DNA of 64,000 bases from assembly GCA_001784875.1 (NCBI GenBank), contig MFSH01000002.1, positions 1,220-65,219 of the forward strand, given 5' to 3'. The notes beneath the pieces are model-generated. The model was not told where the DNA came from. It did not search any database and was given only the letters and a program-made list of their open reading frames with translations. Made by a program: the position numbers and the translations under genes. This stretch comes from Candidatus Moranbacteria bacterium RIFOXYB1_FULL_43_19. Lineage in GTDB: Bacteria; Patescibacteriota; Minisyncoccia; Moranbacterales; UBA11712. Below are positions 55,071 to 64,000 of this stretch, in pieces. The number at the start of each line of letters is the position of its first letter. The stretch's first letter is position 1.

Positions 55071-56507
55071 TCACTTGTCTTTCCATTCTTCAGTTTGTCT
55101 GGGAAGCAATTTTTTGGCCTGCTGGGGATGGCGCATGATTTCCTCGGATAGACGCTCCATCCTGGCTCCCTGGGAACCTTTTATCAAAATTACATCGCCT
55201 TCGGCAAGCTCTTTCTGAATAGGGATTTTAGCTTCGGAGGAATCATTATAGAAAAATATTTGGTTTTTGTCAAGGCCAGCCTTCTCCGCTTCGTCGGCGA
55301 TGAATTTGGCTTTATCCCCCACCGCGAACAAAACATCCGCCACTTCCGCCACTTTTCTTCCGACTTCCCTGTGTCCCGATTCTGTTTCTGATCCAAGCTC
55401 AAGCATATTTCCAAGAGCCACAATTTTTCGGCGGGCTTTTATTTTTTCAAGCACCTCGAGCGCCGCCAGGGTTGACTGCGGCGCGGCGTTGTAGCTGTCT
55501 TCTATGATAACTGTATTTTTTATGCCGTCGATGATGTTGAGCCTCCCCGCGGGAGATTGAAAATTTTTGAGAGCGTTGGCAATTTCAAGAAGATTCATCC
55601 CAAAATGGACGCCAGCCGCAGCCGCTGCCAAAACGGAATAAATTTGCGGCCGGCCGACTGACTGCATCAGCCTTACCGGCACAGACGCACCATCATAATT
55701 CAACTTGAAACTGATCCCTTTTATCTTATCGAGATCTCCTCCATAAAAATCCTCCGTCCTTTCATATCCGAAAAAAATATCCGAAGCCCGAACGTTTGCT
55801 TCTTCTGAAAAACCATAAAATATTTTTTTTACCCCCACACCAATCCCACCTTTTTCTGCTTGATAAATATTTCTGTCTTTCTGATTTTTTTTAACCGAAG
55901 AATTGGTGTGGGGGTGAATCTCTTCTGTCATTTTTCTCACTTCGACGTCATCAAAATTGAGAATGGCCATTCCTTCTTTCGCAAGATATTTGACCAGCGT
56001 TCCTTTTTCTTTGGCAATTTGCTTTTTATCTTTGAAAAATTCGAGGTGGCTAATCCCGACCGCTGTCACAACTCCCACTTCCGGCTTCAAAAAATTGACA
56101 AGATATCTGATATCCCCCGGCCGGTCGGCTCCCATTTCAAGGACCAAAATTTCCGGATATTTTTTTTTGCTTCCAAAAAAAGAATTAAAAAAGGAATCAA
56201 TCAGCACAAAAACCCATTTCAGCAAATTTCCCCCCCCGCTTTCCAGTCCGAGCACGGCGAGCGGAAGTCCAATTTCATTATTGTAGTTTTTCTCATTTTT
56301 TCGAACCTTAAACTTCGAAGAAAGAACTGTATATATTGCTTCTTTGGTCGAAGTTTTCCCGACTGAACCTGTCACACCGACAACCCGGGGCTTAAAACGG
56401 CGCAAGGTTTTGGTTGCGAAATACTTCAATATTTTTTCTAATAGCAGTATCTTGCAAGATTTCATAACAAGATCTAAAAACTTAAATCTAAAAACAGAAA
56501 ACGACAA
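55071..56507 (-). CDS. murF: UDP-N-acetylmuramoyl-tripeptide--D-alanyl-D-alanine ligase
   Basis: 478 aa. The P-loop VGVTGSVGKTSTKE and the MurF-specific NNEIGLPL are present. Confidence 0.8.
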   Translation of the reverse strand: MSFSVFRFKFLDLVMKSCKILLLEKILKYFATKTLRRFKPRVVGVTGSVGKTSTKEAIYTVLSSKFKVRKNEKNYNNEIGLPLAVLGLESGGGNLLKWVFVLIDSFFNSFFGSKKKYPEILVLEMGADRPGDIRYLVNFLKPEVGVVTAVGISHLEFFKDKKQIAKEKGTLVKYLAKEGMAILNFDDVEVRKMTEEIHPHTNSSVKKNQKDRNIYQAEKGGIGVGVKKIFYGFSEEANVRASDIFFGYERTEDFYGGDLDKIKGISFKLNYDGASVPVRLMQSVGRPQIYSVLAAAAAGVHFGMNLLEIANALKNFQSPAGRLNIIDGIKNTVIIEDSYNAAPQSTLAALEVLEKIKARRKIVALGNMLELGSETESGHREVGRKVAEVADVLFAVGDKAKFIADEAEKAGLDKNQIFFYNDSSEAKIPIQKELAEGDVILIKGSQGARMERLSEEIMRHPQQAKKLLPRQTEEWKDK

Positions 56508-56565
56508 CGAAAATGCAAAAGTTTTTTGTTTTTAGCTGTTACTTTTACATTTTAGATTTTCATTT

Positions 56566-58482
56566 TTAGTTTTTATTTTTCTTCTTTTCTTTCTTTTCTT
56601 CATCTGGCAGCGTTGGCTGCTCCGGAGCAACTTCTTCCTCTTTCGGTGCCTGATATATCGAAACGTCGTGGGTGGCGTTAAATATATCTACATCTTTATC
56701 AGTGTATTCCTCTGTCGGCTCGACACTGAAATAATCTAACATGAATTTTGCCATTTCGCCAAACGTCGGAGCGGCGCTTGATTCGGCCCACTCGACGTTT
56801 TTTGGATTGTCCAGCTTTACAAGTATAGCAAACTTCGGATCATAAGCCGGCGCATATCCGGCAAAAGAGCCGACATGCGCATTCTCTTCATAACCGCCAC
56901 CTTCTTTTTTCGGAACTTGAGCCGTTCCGGTTTTCCCAGCCACAAGATAGCCAGGAACTCCCGCTCTTTTTCCATGCCCGTTTTGGACAACGCTGACGAG
57001 CATTCGTGTGAGATCCAGACTGGCTTCCCTCGATATCACCCGCTTTTCTTCCTGAGGCTGGGTTTTTGTTTCTTCACCATCGCCTTTCACGGTCTTATCA
57101 ACCAGATAAGGTTTCATCAATTCGCCTTCGTTGGCAACTGCCGCGAAAGCGTTCGCGAGCTGAAGCGGCGTCATTGAAATCCCCTGTCCAAATGACGCTG
57201 TGAATGAATTTATGTTTCGGAGCTCCGCCACACCTGAAATATTCCCTGAAACCTCTCCGATTGTTTCAATTCCCGATATTTGCCCAAATCCGAAATTTTT
57301 CACATATTCGTAAAAGCGCAAATTTCCCAGAAGCTTTTCAACAAAAATCGCTCCCGTGTTCAAAGACTTTTCAAGGACCTGGGTCATCGTCTGAACTCCA
57401 TTTGTTTTCCCGTCTGAATTTTTGATCGTGTATCCGGCTTCGTTTACCGCGCCCGTGTCAGTATATGTTGAGTCCGGTGTTACCACTTTTGTGTCGAGCC
57501 CCGCCGCCATCGTGATGGGCTTGAAAATTGATCCGCATTCATACGTCCCGCTCACTGCCGGATTGGAAAAAACCGACATATCTTCCACTCCGGAAAAATC
57601 ATTGGCATTGAAAGTCGGCCAGGACGCCATAGCCAGGATTGCTCCCGTATGGGGCTCTTGAATGACTATTGTTCCGCTGTCGGCGCTATATTTTTCAACC
57701 GATTTTTTGATCGCCATTTCGGCGCGATACTGGATTGTGTGATCAATCGTAAGATAGAGATCGGCTCCGTTTTCCGCCGGCACAACATTCCTGTCGCCGA
57801 TTGAAATCCAGCGACCACCCGTGTCCCGCTCCTGTTCCAGCCGGCCTTCTTGCCCGGCCAACTCTTTATCCCAATAGGCCTCCAGCCCATACCGGCCTTT
57901 GGTCCGGTTGCCGTCGGAACCGATAAAGCCGACAATTTGCGAGGCAAAAGTCCCGCCGGGATAAAAACGTTCTTCTTCCGGAGAAAAATAAATGCCTTTC
58001 AACTTTTTTCCCCTTATCTCATCAGCTTTATTTTCGTCCACTTTGTGTTTCAGCACCGCATACCAGCCGTCGGGCTGGTCCAGTTTTTCCCTTGTCTCCC
58101 TCTCATCAAGCTCAAGGATAGGGGCAATTAGGCGGGCGGTTTCTTCCGGATTTTCGACCTCGCGCGGCACGGCATACACAAGATTTAGCTCTTTGTTAAC
58201 CGCCACGGGATAATATCCGTCCCCATCTTTGACAAATATTTCTCCGCGCTTTGAGACAAGGTCGTCAAAAACTTTGTGCTGGTCAAAAGCCAGTTCCTGA
58301 TAATATTCGTGAGCAAGAACCTGAAGGCCATAAAGACGAAAAATCACAACTCCGACAACTGTCAAAATAAAAACGACCAGAACATATATCCGGAAGTTTG
58401 TTTTGAGAGAACCGGTTTTTTGATTGGAAAATTTGCTCTTAGTCATCTTTATAAAATAAATCATGCGCGAAGCGCATACCAA
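56566..58482 (-). CDS. ftsI: Penicillin-binding protein (class B transpeptidase, FtsI/PBP2-like)
   Basis: 638 aa with an N-terminal transmembrane anchor and a dimerisation domain. The transpeptidase motifs STFK-like (SIFKP), SLN and KTGT are present. The C-terminus has a Lys/Glu-rich tail. Confidence 0.8.
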   Translation of the reverse strand: MVCASRMIYFIKMTKSKFSNQKTGSLKTNFRIYVLVVFILTVVGVVIFRLYGLQVLAHEYYQELAFDQHKVFDDLVSKRGEIFVKDGDGYYPVAVNKELNLVYAVPREVENPEETARLIAPILELDERETREKLDQPDGWYAVLKHKVDENKADEIRGKKLKGIYFSPEEERFYPGGTFASQIVGFIGSDGNRTKGRYGLEAYWDKELAGQEGRLEQERDTGGRWISIGDRNVVPAENGADLYLTIDHTIQYRAEMAIKKSVEKYSADSGTIVIQEPHTGAILAMASWPTFNANDFSGVEDMSVFSNPAVSGTYECGSIFKPITMAAGLDTKVVTPDSTYTDTGAVNEAGYTIKNSDGKTNGVQTMTQVLEKSLNTGAIFVEKLLGNLRFYEYVKNFGFGQISGIETIGEVSGNISGVAELRNINSFTASFGQGISMTPLQLANAFAAVANEGELMKPYLVDKTVKGDGEETKTQPQEEKRVISREASLDLTRMLVSVVQNGHGKRAGVPGYLVAGKTGTAQVPKKEGGGYEENAHVGSFAGYAPAYDPKFAILVKLDNPKNVEWAESSAAPTFGEMAKFMLDYFSVEPTEEYTDKDVDIFNATHDVSIYQAPKEEEVAPEQPTLPDEEKKEKKKNKN

Positions 58483-58515
58483 ATTTTGATTTTTTATATT
58501 TGACTTTTGATATTC

Positions 58516-58875
58516 TTATCTCATCGCCATATCTCCCGGCAAGTTGAGATAACTCACATCTTTTGGAACAACCATATTGAGATCTCTGGTCTTTTCTTCA
58601 ATCTTATACATCGATTTGAGCTCCGCTTCCTGGATTCGGAGATTCTCGTTTTCCTTTTTCAGCTTACTGAGCTGGTTTTCCAAATTTCTGATTTCATAGC
58701 CTTTCGTCGCCAAATTGTTCACTTCGAAAATATAAAAAACTCCCGCCGCGCAAACCAGTGCCACGAGAAGGAAACTCAAAGTCACCCGTCCCATTTTCGG
58801 ACTGGAATCAATGGATCTTTTTCTTTCACCGAACTGGACAGAACTGGAGTTGGTGATGGTAAGATAACGGCTCAT
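58516..58875 (-). CDS. ftsL: Cell-division protein FtsL/FtsB-like (septum formation initiator)
   Basis: 119 aa with a single transmembrane segment plus a coiled coil, sitting between the PBP and rsmH. Confidence 0.6.
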   Translation of the reverse strand: MSRYLTITNSSSVQFGERKRSIDSSPKMGRVTLSFLLVALVCAAGVFYIFEVNNLATKGYEIRNLENQLSKLKKENENLRIQEAELKSMYKIEEKTRDLNMVVPKDVSYLNLPGDMAMR

Positions 58876-58967
58876 TGGACTTTCGTCCCCCTTTACCCTG
58901 TTAAATAATTTCGCGGAGCGAAATTGCCGCTAAGCGGCATTCAACAGGGTGAATTTTTTGTTTATTT

Positions 58968-60005
58968 TTATATTTTCTCTGCTATTCTCATTTTTGCGCT
59001 TCTGGATCTTGGATTTTCCCGAATTTCTTTTTCGCTTGGTTGAATCGGTTTTTTGGTGATTATTTTGAGATTTTTTTTGTGGTTGCAAACGCATTTGGGA
59101 AATTTCGGCGGGCAAATACAGTCTCTTGATTCCTTTCGAATGAAATTTTTGACAATCCGGTCTTCAAGTGAATGAAAACTGATAACTGCCAGTCTCGAAC
59201 TTCTGCCTAAAATTTTCTCTGTTTTCTCTAAAAATGTCTCCAGATTTTTGAGTTCCTGGTTTGTTTCAATTCGCAAAGCTTGAAATGTTCGAGTTGCAAA
59301 ATGAATTTTGTCGCGCTTATAATTTTCCGGAACTGCTTTCGAAATAATTTCTACCAACTTCTCAACATCATCAATTTTGCTGCCTTTTCTCTCTATTGAA
59401 ATTTCTCTGGCAATTCTGCGTGCGTATTTTTCTTCTCCATATTGCCAAAAAATATCAGCGAGATTTTTTTCGGAATATTTGTTGACAACGTCCGCCGCCG
59501 TCATCTTCTGCGTTTCGGGAGAATAGCGCATATCGAGCAATCCGTTGTGAAGAAAACTGAATCCCCTCCCCGCGTCTTCGATCTGGTCAGAACTGAACCC
59601 AAGGTCAATCAAAATCGCATCTGCTTTGTTGAGTCCCAATTCTCCAAAGATCTTATCTAAATTCGCGTAATTGTCATTCACCCCGCACCAGTGGCAGACA
59701 ATTTGGTCCCCCCGCCATACTGGCCTAAAAGAATATAAGGGAATTTTGTCATGATTATTACTTTTCACTGGTGCGGGGCTTACCCCTTCCTGAATATCGT
59801 AACCTTCCTTTTTTAATCTTTTTTCAAAATTTTGGATTGCTCGCCTATCCCAGTCGATCGAAACTAATTTTCCGCCCGGCAAAATCTTTTTGAGAATCGC
59901 GAGAGAATGTCCTCCCGCTCCAAGTGTTCCATCGACAACCGTCATCCTCGGTTTCAGATTCAAATTCTCGATAACCTCCTCAAGCAAGACCGGTTTATGC
60001 GTCAT
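58968..60005 (-). CDS. rsmH: 16S rRNA (cytosine1402-N4)-methyltransferase
   Basis: It starts MTHKPVLLEEV. The ORF-track start at 60056 adds 17 unlikely residues. The SAM motif is VDGTLGAGGHS. Confidence 0.85.
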   Translation of the reverse strand: MTHKPVLLEEVIENLNLKPRMTVVDGTLGAGGHSLAILKKILPGGKLVSIDWDRRAIQNFEKRLKKEGYDIQEGVSPAPVKSNNHDKIPLYSFRPVWRGDQIVCHWCGVNDNYANLDKIFGELGLNKADAILIDLGFSSDQIEDAGRGFSFLHNGLLDMRYSPETQKMTAADVVNKYSEKNLADIFWQYGEEKYARRIAREISIERKGSKIDDVEKLVEIISKAVPENYKRDKIHFATRTFQALRIETNQELKNLETFLEKTEKILGRSSRLAVISFHSLEDRIVKNFIRKESRDCICPPKFPKCVCNHKKNLKIITKKPIQPSEKEIRENPRSRSAKMRIAEKI

Positions 60006-60080
60006 GGAGCATGGAGCACATAATATGGAGCAGGCAGCAAAGTTTTTTTGTTCCATGTTCCATGCTATGTGTTATGTGAT

Positions 60081-60515
60081 CTAATATATTCCGAGTTTAC
60101 CAAGTTGCTCTGCAATTTCGTCTGTGTTTTTTTCAGCTTCCTTTTTGTACTTGTTCCAGCTCTCGCCGTCCCAGATTTCGAGACGGTTATAGAGTCCCGC
60201 GATCACCACTTCTTTTTTGAGCCCGGCATACTCTTTGAGATAGTCCGGGATAAGCACCCGGCCAAGCTTGTCCATGTCGACGTCAACCGCGCCTGCAAGC
60301 ATCAGCCTCACGAAACTTCTTGTTCCCGACTCCCCCATCGGAAGACTTCCAAGTTTCGAAGACAAATCCTCCCAAGTTTTCATGGGATATACAAAAAGAC
60401 ATTTATCAAGTCCTCGCGTGACAACCGCCCGCCCTGAAAAAACTTCCCGGAATTTTGAAGGAATAGCCACACGCTTTTTCGGATCTATATTGTGAGAATA
60501 TTCGCCGATGAACAT
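60081..60515 (-). CDS. mraZ: Transcriptional regulator MraZ
   Basis: 144 aa. MFIGEYSHNIDPKKRVAIPSKFR and the duplicated MraZ domain are present. Confidence 0.85.
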   Translation of the reverse strand: MFIGEYSHNIDPKKRVAIPSKFREVFSGRAVVTRGLDKCLFVYPMKTWEDLSSKLGSLPMGESGTRSFVRLMLAGAVDVDMDKLGRVLIPDYLKEYAGLKKEVVIAGLYNRLEIWDGESWNKYKKEAEKNTDEIAEQLGKLGIY

Positions 60516-60729
60516 TATTTTTGAGACGACAAAGAAAAATACAAACCGTGTTCCCCCGTTTGCTTATCCACAAAGTGGCCTAGTTATCCCCACTTCTATC
60601 CACTTTGCAACACTATGATTACATTTTAAACCACCTGAAAACATCCGTCAACACTTCCCGCCAAAATAAAAAATCGCTTATACAAGCGACTCAATGCAAA
60701 TATTACACACAAGTTATCCACTTTTTCAC

Positions 60730-62244
60730 TTAAATTTCTGAAAAAACACTATCTTTATTCTTTTCCGCTTCATCAGAATAGTCCTTCGAAGATTCTCGCA
60801 GTGTAAGCGCGGTGATCGCGCCGACAAGCATGACAAATGATGCGACAAAAAAGACATGGCTATATGACGCTACTTCAGCCTTGAGAACAACGAGCCCGGG
60901 AACAATATTCTGGAATATTGGCGAGGAAGAATTGATGGTTGTATTGGCGCTTATGCCGATTATATTTTTTTCAATATTTCTGGTGAGCAAAGTCCCGAAA
61001 ACGGCAATCCCGATCGCTCCAGAGATATTCCGCGTGAGGTTCAAGATACCAGAAGCAATTCCCACTTCGCGGGGCAAAACAGAACTGGCCACGGCGTTGG
61101 TGAGTGGTGCCATTCCAAGCCCCATCCCAACCGCAAACAAAAACAGTGGAAAAATCAAATCACTTCCTTTCATCAATGGATCAAGGCGCTGAGAGATAAT
61201 AAAAAAACCAATTGTCGAAATAAGCATTCCGCCGGAAACCGACCAGCGAGGCGCGACATATTTTGATATTTGCGCCCCAAGCGGTGAGATAATCATCATG
61301 GTGAGCGCCAGCGGCAAGAAAAGATATCCTGTCTCCGTTGCGCCATATCCCAAAAAAGTCTGGACGAAAATCGGAATGAGAAACATCGCTCCCATAAATC
61401 CGCCAAAAGAAACGAAGGTTGCCGAAAGCGCTGAGACAAAAATCGCATTTTGAAAAAACTTGAGATCAATCAGCGGATTTTTCATCCGCTTTTCGAGAAA
61501 ATAAAATGTAACTCCCGAAATAAATGTCGCCAAATATGCAATGAAACTTTTGAGCGACGACCAACCCCACTCTTGCCCTTTATCAAGAACCAGGACCAAG
61601 CTGGAAAGCGCAATTGCCAAAATAATAGACCCGGCATAATCAAATTTTTCCTTAGTTGCCAGCGACCGGTCTTTGGGAAGGAAAGCCAGAACCATCAAAA
61701 TTCCAATGATTCCAATCGGGAAGTTTATGTAAAAAAGCATCCTCCAGGAAAAGTTGTCGATGAGGGGGCCACCGATGAGGGGGCCAATAACAGCTGATGC
61801 CGCAAATGAACCGGCCCAAATGCCGAGCGCCTGGGCTCGGGCTTGCTTGTCTCGGAAGGTTTTCGTGATGAGCGACATGGCCGTCGGATAAATAGCCGCT
61901 CCGACCAGCCCCTGAATAGCCCGGAAAAAAATAAGCGACCCGATGCTCCAGGAAAGCCCGGCTATAAGAGAGATGATCACGAAAGCGACAAAACTCCAAA
62001 GATATATGAAACGGTCGCCAAGCATGTCACCCAATTTTCCGAAAACGGGAACGAAGACTGCGTTGGAAATTATGTAAGCGGTTGCGATCCATCCGGCGGT
62101 CGTCACGGTGATTCCAAACTCGCTCATCATCTTCGGCACGCCCAAATTGACCACTGTCCGGTCCAAACCGATCAGCAGCGTCCCAACCATCACAGTGGCA
62201 AGAATCAGCCAGGGGGAATAAATTGCTTCTGATTTATTTGGCAT
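60730..62244 (-). CDS. MFS transporter, DHA2 (EmrB/QacA-like, 14-TMS) drug/H+ antiporter family
   Basis: 504 aa with about 14 transmembrane helices. The MFS motif A is GKLGDMLGDR. Confidence 0.75.
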   Translation of the reverse strand: MPNKSEAIYSPWLILATVMVGTLLIGLDRTVVNLGVPKMMSEFGITVTTAGWIATAYIISNAVFVPVFGKLGDMLGDRFIYLWSFVAFVIISLIAGLSWSIGSLIFFRAIQGLVGAAIYPTAMSLITKTFRDKQARAQALGIWAGSFAASAVIGPLIGGPLIDNFSWRMLFYINFPIGIIGILMVLAFLPKDRSLATKEKFDYAGSIILAIALSSLVLVLDKGQEWGWSSLKSFIAYLATFISGVTFYFLEKRMKNPLIDLKFFQNAIFVSALSATFVSFGGFMGAMFLIPIFVQTFLGYGATETGYLFLPLALTMMIISPLGAQISKYVAPRWSVSGGMLISTIGFFIISQRLDPLMKGSDLIFPLFLFAVGMGLGMAPLTNAVASSVLPREVGIASGILNLTRNISGAIGIAVFGTLLTRNIEKNIIGISANTTINSSSPIFQNIVPGLVVLKAEVASYSHVFFVASFVMLVGAITALTLRESSKDYSDEAEKNKDSVFSEI

Positions 62245-62367
62245 AAAATAAAATTAGGTCATTGGTTACATTGGTTATCGGCAGTGAGTCAGGTCATAGG
62301 TCGTTGGATTTATTGCGACCAAAGACTAATGACTTGTCTCACGGCTAATGACCTAGTTACCTATGAC
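62245..62367. repeat. Intergenic repeat family, copy 5
   Basis: GGTCATTGGTTACATTGGTTATCGGCAGTGAGTCAGGTCATAGGTCGTTGG...CCAAAGACTAATGACTTGTCTCACGGCTAATGACC. Confidence 0.65.
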
Positions 62368-63024
62368 CTATCTATAGATCCACACTTTCGCCGACATTCC
62401 GTTTTTGAGTTCCGGATACTGGCTGAGATTGAAGCGAATTTTCACGTTGAATTCTTTGGTCGGTCTTTGTGATGATATATCGAAGGTCAGGGCTGATTCT
62501 CTCGAACTTGCTCCTATTTCATCGACGATACCTTGATATTCTTTGGACTCGAAAGCATCAACCGTGAAAACAACGCGCTGTCCGACTTTTATTCGTGTTA
62601 GACCCTTGTTTTCTTCGACTCTCGCGACTACCCGAAGGTTGGCCGGATTTATCATTGTCACCACCGGATCACTTGGATTGGCAATTTTTCCGATTTCCTT
62701 GGCGGCAAAGATAACCAGACCTTCTTCTTTTGTCTTGACCAGTTCCTCGCCTACTTTCGCCACAACAAAATTTTTGGGCACGATTTGTCCTTCCTGGACA
62801 AAGATTTCCCTCAAAATACCGGGATTTGGGGCCGATAGGATTATCTCGGGCGCGGAAACCTCAGCGTCTTCATCATAAACCCGGCTAGCCGAGACTCTCA
62901 AATACAGAACTGCGACGATTATCCCGGCAAGGAATAGAACAGCCGCCGCAACTATAAGCAGCTGCCTGTTAGAAAATTTTTCATTTTCCGAATCCCGTTG
63001 GAATTGCTCTTTTGATTCTCCCAT
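62368..63024 (-). CDS. HlyD-family membrane-fusion protein (EmrA-like)
   Basis: 218 aa with an N-terminal transmembrane anchor and a biotin-lipoyl-like/beta-barrel region. Confidence 0.55.
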   Translation of the reverse strand: MGESKEQFQRDSENEKFSNRQLLIVAAAVLFLAGIIVAVLYLRVSASRVYDEDAEVSAPEIILSAPNPGILREIFVQEGQIVPKNFVVAKVGEELVKTKEEGLVIFAAKEIGKIANPSDPVVTMINPANLRVVARVEENKGLTRIKVGQRVVFTVDAFESKEYQGIVDEIGASSRESALTFDISSQRPTKEFNVKIRFNLSQYPELKNGMSAKVWIYR

Positions 63025-63064
63025 ATCTATATTTATTCTTTATTCCGAAATAATCCTAAAATTA

Positions 63065-64000
63065 TTATTTTGAAAAACTGACGACCCTTTCCCCTTCGTT
63101 GATGCCGGACAATATTTCCGCCATTCCGCTTTCTTCCTCAATGCCAATTTTCACTTCCTTTTCCTTTAGACCTTGCCCGCTATCCTCTGTCAATACAAAA
63201 TTCTGGCCGCCTCGCTTGATGACTGAAGACACAGGCACTGCCAAGGCATTTTTCCTTTCTGCAGCGACAATTTCAACATTGGCCGTCGCGCCTGATTTCA
63301 AGCACTCGGTTGATTTTCCAAGCGCAAAGGAAACTTTATAAACCGGATTGCCGTTTTCCTGGCTTTCGGCCGGATCAACCGCAGCCACCGGCAATTCAAC
63401 TTTTTCTCCTCCCAAACAGCTGTCAAAAGTTATTTCAGCCATATCTCCTTCTTTGATTTCTGAAACATCTCTCTGATTGAGGAAAGCTTCAACCTTGAAA
63501 GTGTCCTGGCTTATCACAGAAAATGCCGGGCTGGCCGGATTGGCAATCTCGCCTATATCGATATTTTTTTCGGATACTATTCCCTCGATCGGAGATGAAA
63601 GTACAATTTTCTTGTGCTGATCTTTCGCGCTTCGAAGAGCGGCTTGCGCTGATACGATCTGTGCTTTTTGGATATCAACCAGGGCTTGTGCCGACTTTAT
63701 CTGCGCCCTTTGGACATCGACAGTGTATTTGGAGGCGTGGGTATTCACTAGCTCATCTTTGCGCTCCTTTTCTTTTTTCAGGTTCGCCTCCGCCTGCGCA
63801 AGGCCCGCCTGGGCAATTTCAAGGCCCGCCAAAGCCTGGTTAACTTGGTCCGAATAATCAGTCTGGTCCAAAATCGCCAGCTGCTGCCCAAGTTTCACTT
63901 GGTCTCCGACTTGGACATTGATGGCCGCGACTTTTCCCGTTTTTTCAAAAGCCAGATCAACTGCCGCAACTGGTTTCACCGAACCCGACACCGAAATTGT
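63065..64000 (-). CDS. Efflux periplasmic adaptor (HlyD/RND MFP family); N-terminus probably lies beyond the window end
   Basis: It has a coiled-coil hairpin (QAGLAQAEANLKKEKER) and lipoyl-like flanks (VGDQVKLGQQLAILD). The frame is open to the window end. Confidence 0.6.
   Translation of the reverse strand, partial: TISVSGSVKPVAAVDLAFEKTGKVAAINVQVGDQVKLGQQLAILDQTDYSDQVNQALAGLEIAQAGLAQAEANLKKEKERKDELVNTHASKYTVDVQRAQIKSAQALVDIQKAQIVSAQAALRSAKDQHKKIVLSSPIEGIVSEKNIDIGEIANPASPAFSVISQDTFKVEAFLNQRDVSEIKEGDMAEITFDSCLGGEKVELPVAAVDPAESQENGNPVYKVSFALGKSTECLKSGATANVEIVAAERKNALAVPVSSVIKRGGQNFVLTEDSGQGLKEKEVKIGIEEESGMAEILSGINEGERVVSFSK

Overview
The window is 64 kb from what looks like a small, reduced bacterial genome with AT-rich, repeat-laden intergenic spacers. 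Three tRNAs lack encoded CCA, ribosomal protein S16 carries a long Lys/Glu tail, and trmD and the KH-protein gene sit without rimM or rplS. These are consistent with a Patescibacteria/CPR-like organism, but that is inference only. Almost all housekeeping genes are on the minus strand.

Core content:
- A polyamine pair at the left edge: partial agmatinase overlapping a deoxyhypusine-synthase-like gene.
- A split dcw (cell-wall/division) cluster. murB, murC, a patatin-like gene, murG, ftsW and trmD lie at 1.6-8.2 kb. mraZ, rsmH, ftsL, a PBP and murF lie at 55-60.5 kb.
- A nucleotide-hydrolase module (HAD, HD, 5'-nucleotidase) next to a TrpR/YerC-like regulator that is bracketed by two identical 27-bp palindromic boxes.
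- Other housekeeping genes: rlmN and a cupin; a trimeric [FeFe]-hydrogenase operon (hydABC-like); clpB, pcm, yjbQ, malic enzyme, trxB and trxA; uppS plus a polyprenyl synthase; and an MFS/HlyD efflux set.
- Four tRNAs: Asp-GTC, Met-CAT, initiator fMet-CAT and Glu-CTC.

Accessory content:
- An AT-rich region at about 14.65-31.43 kb, with a tRNA-like fragment at its left end and tRNA-Asp at its right end. It holds a large serine recombinase, a ParB-domain::DNA-methyltransferase fusion translationally coupled (ATGA) to a second methyltransferase, an orphan NPPF methyltransferase followed at 5 nt by a DUF262-HNH (GmrSD/SspE-like) nuclease, and many hypotheticals.
- Inside that region, a tightly packed four-gene minus-strand operon at 14,863-21,333. 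Its proteins are a 364-aa and a 1,220-aa protein that each carry an N-terminal PD-(D/E)xK-like motif, a PIN-domain protein split by tandem repeats, and a multi-zinc-ribbon protein. I recognise no described system with this composition; it is the best candidate for an undescribed defence or nuclease system.
- A REP/RAYT module at 39.6-41.3 kb: an IS200-like HuH tyrosine transposase with five copies of a 23-bp perfect palindrome.
- A roughly 130-bp intergenic repeat family with five copies, two of them inverted around hydB.
- A 1.2-kb gene-free, hairpin-rich stretch next to tRNA-Glu that likely hides structured ncRNA.
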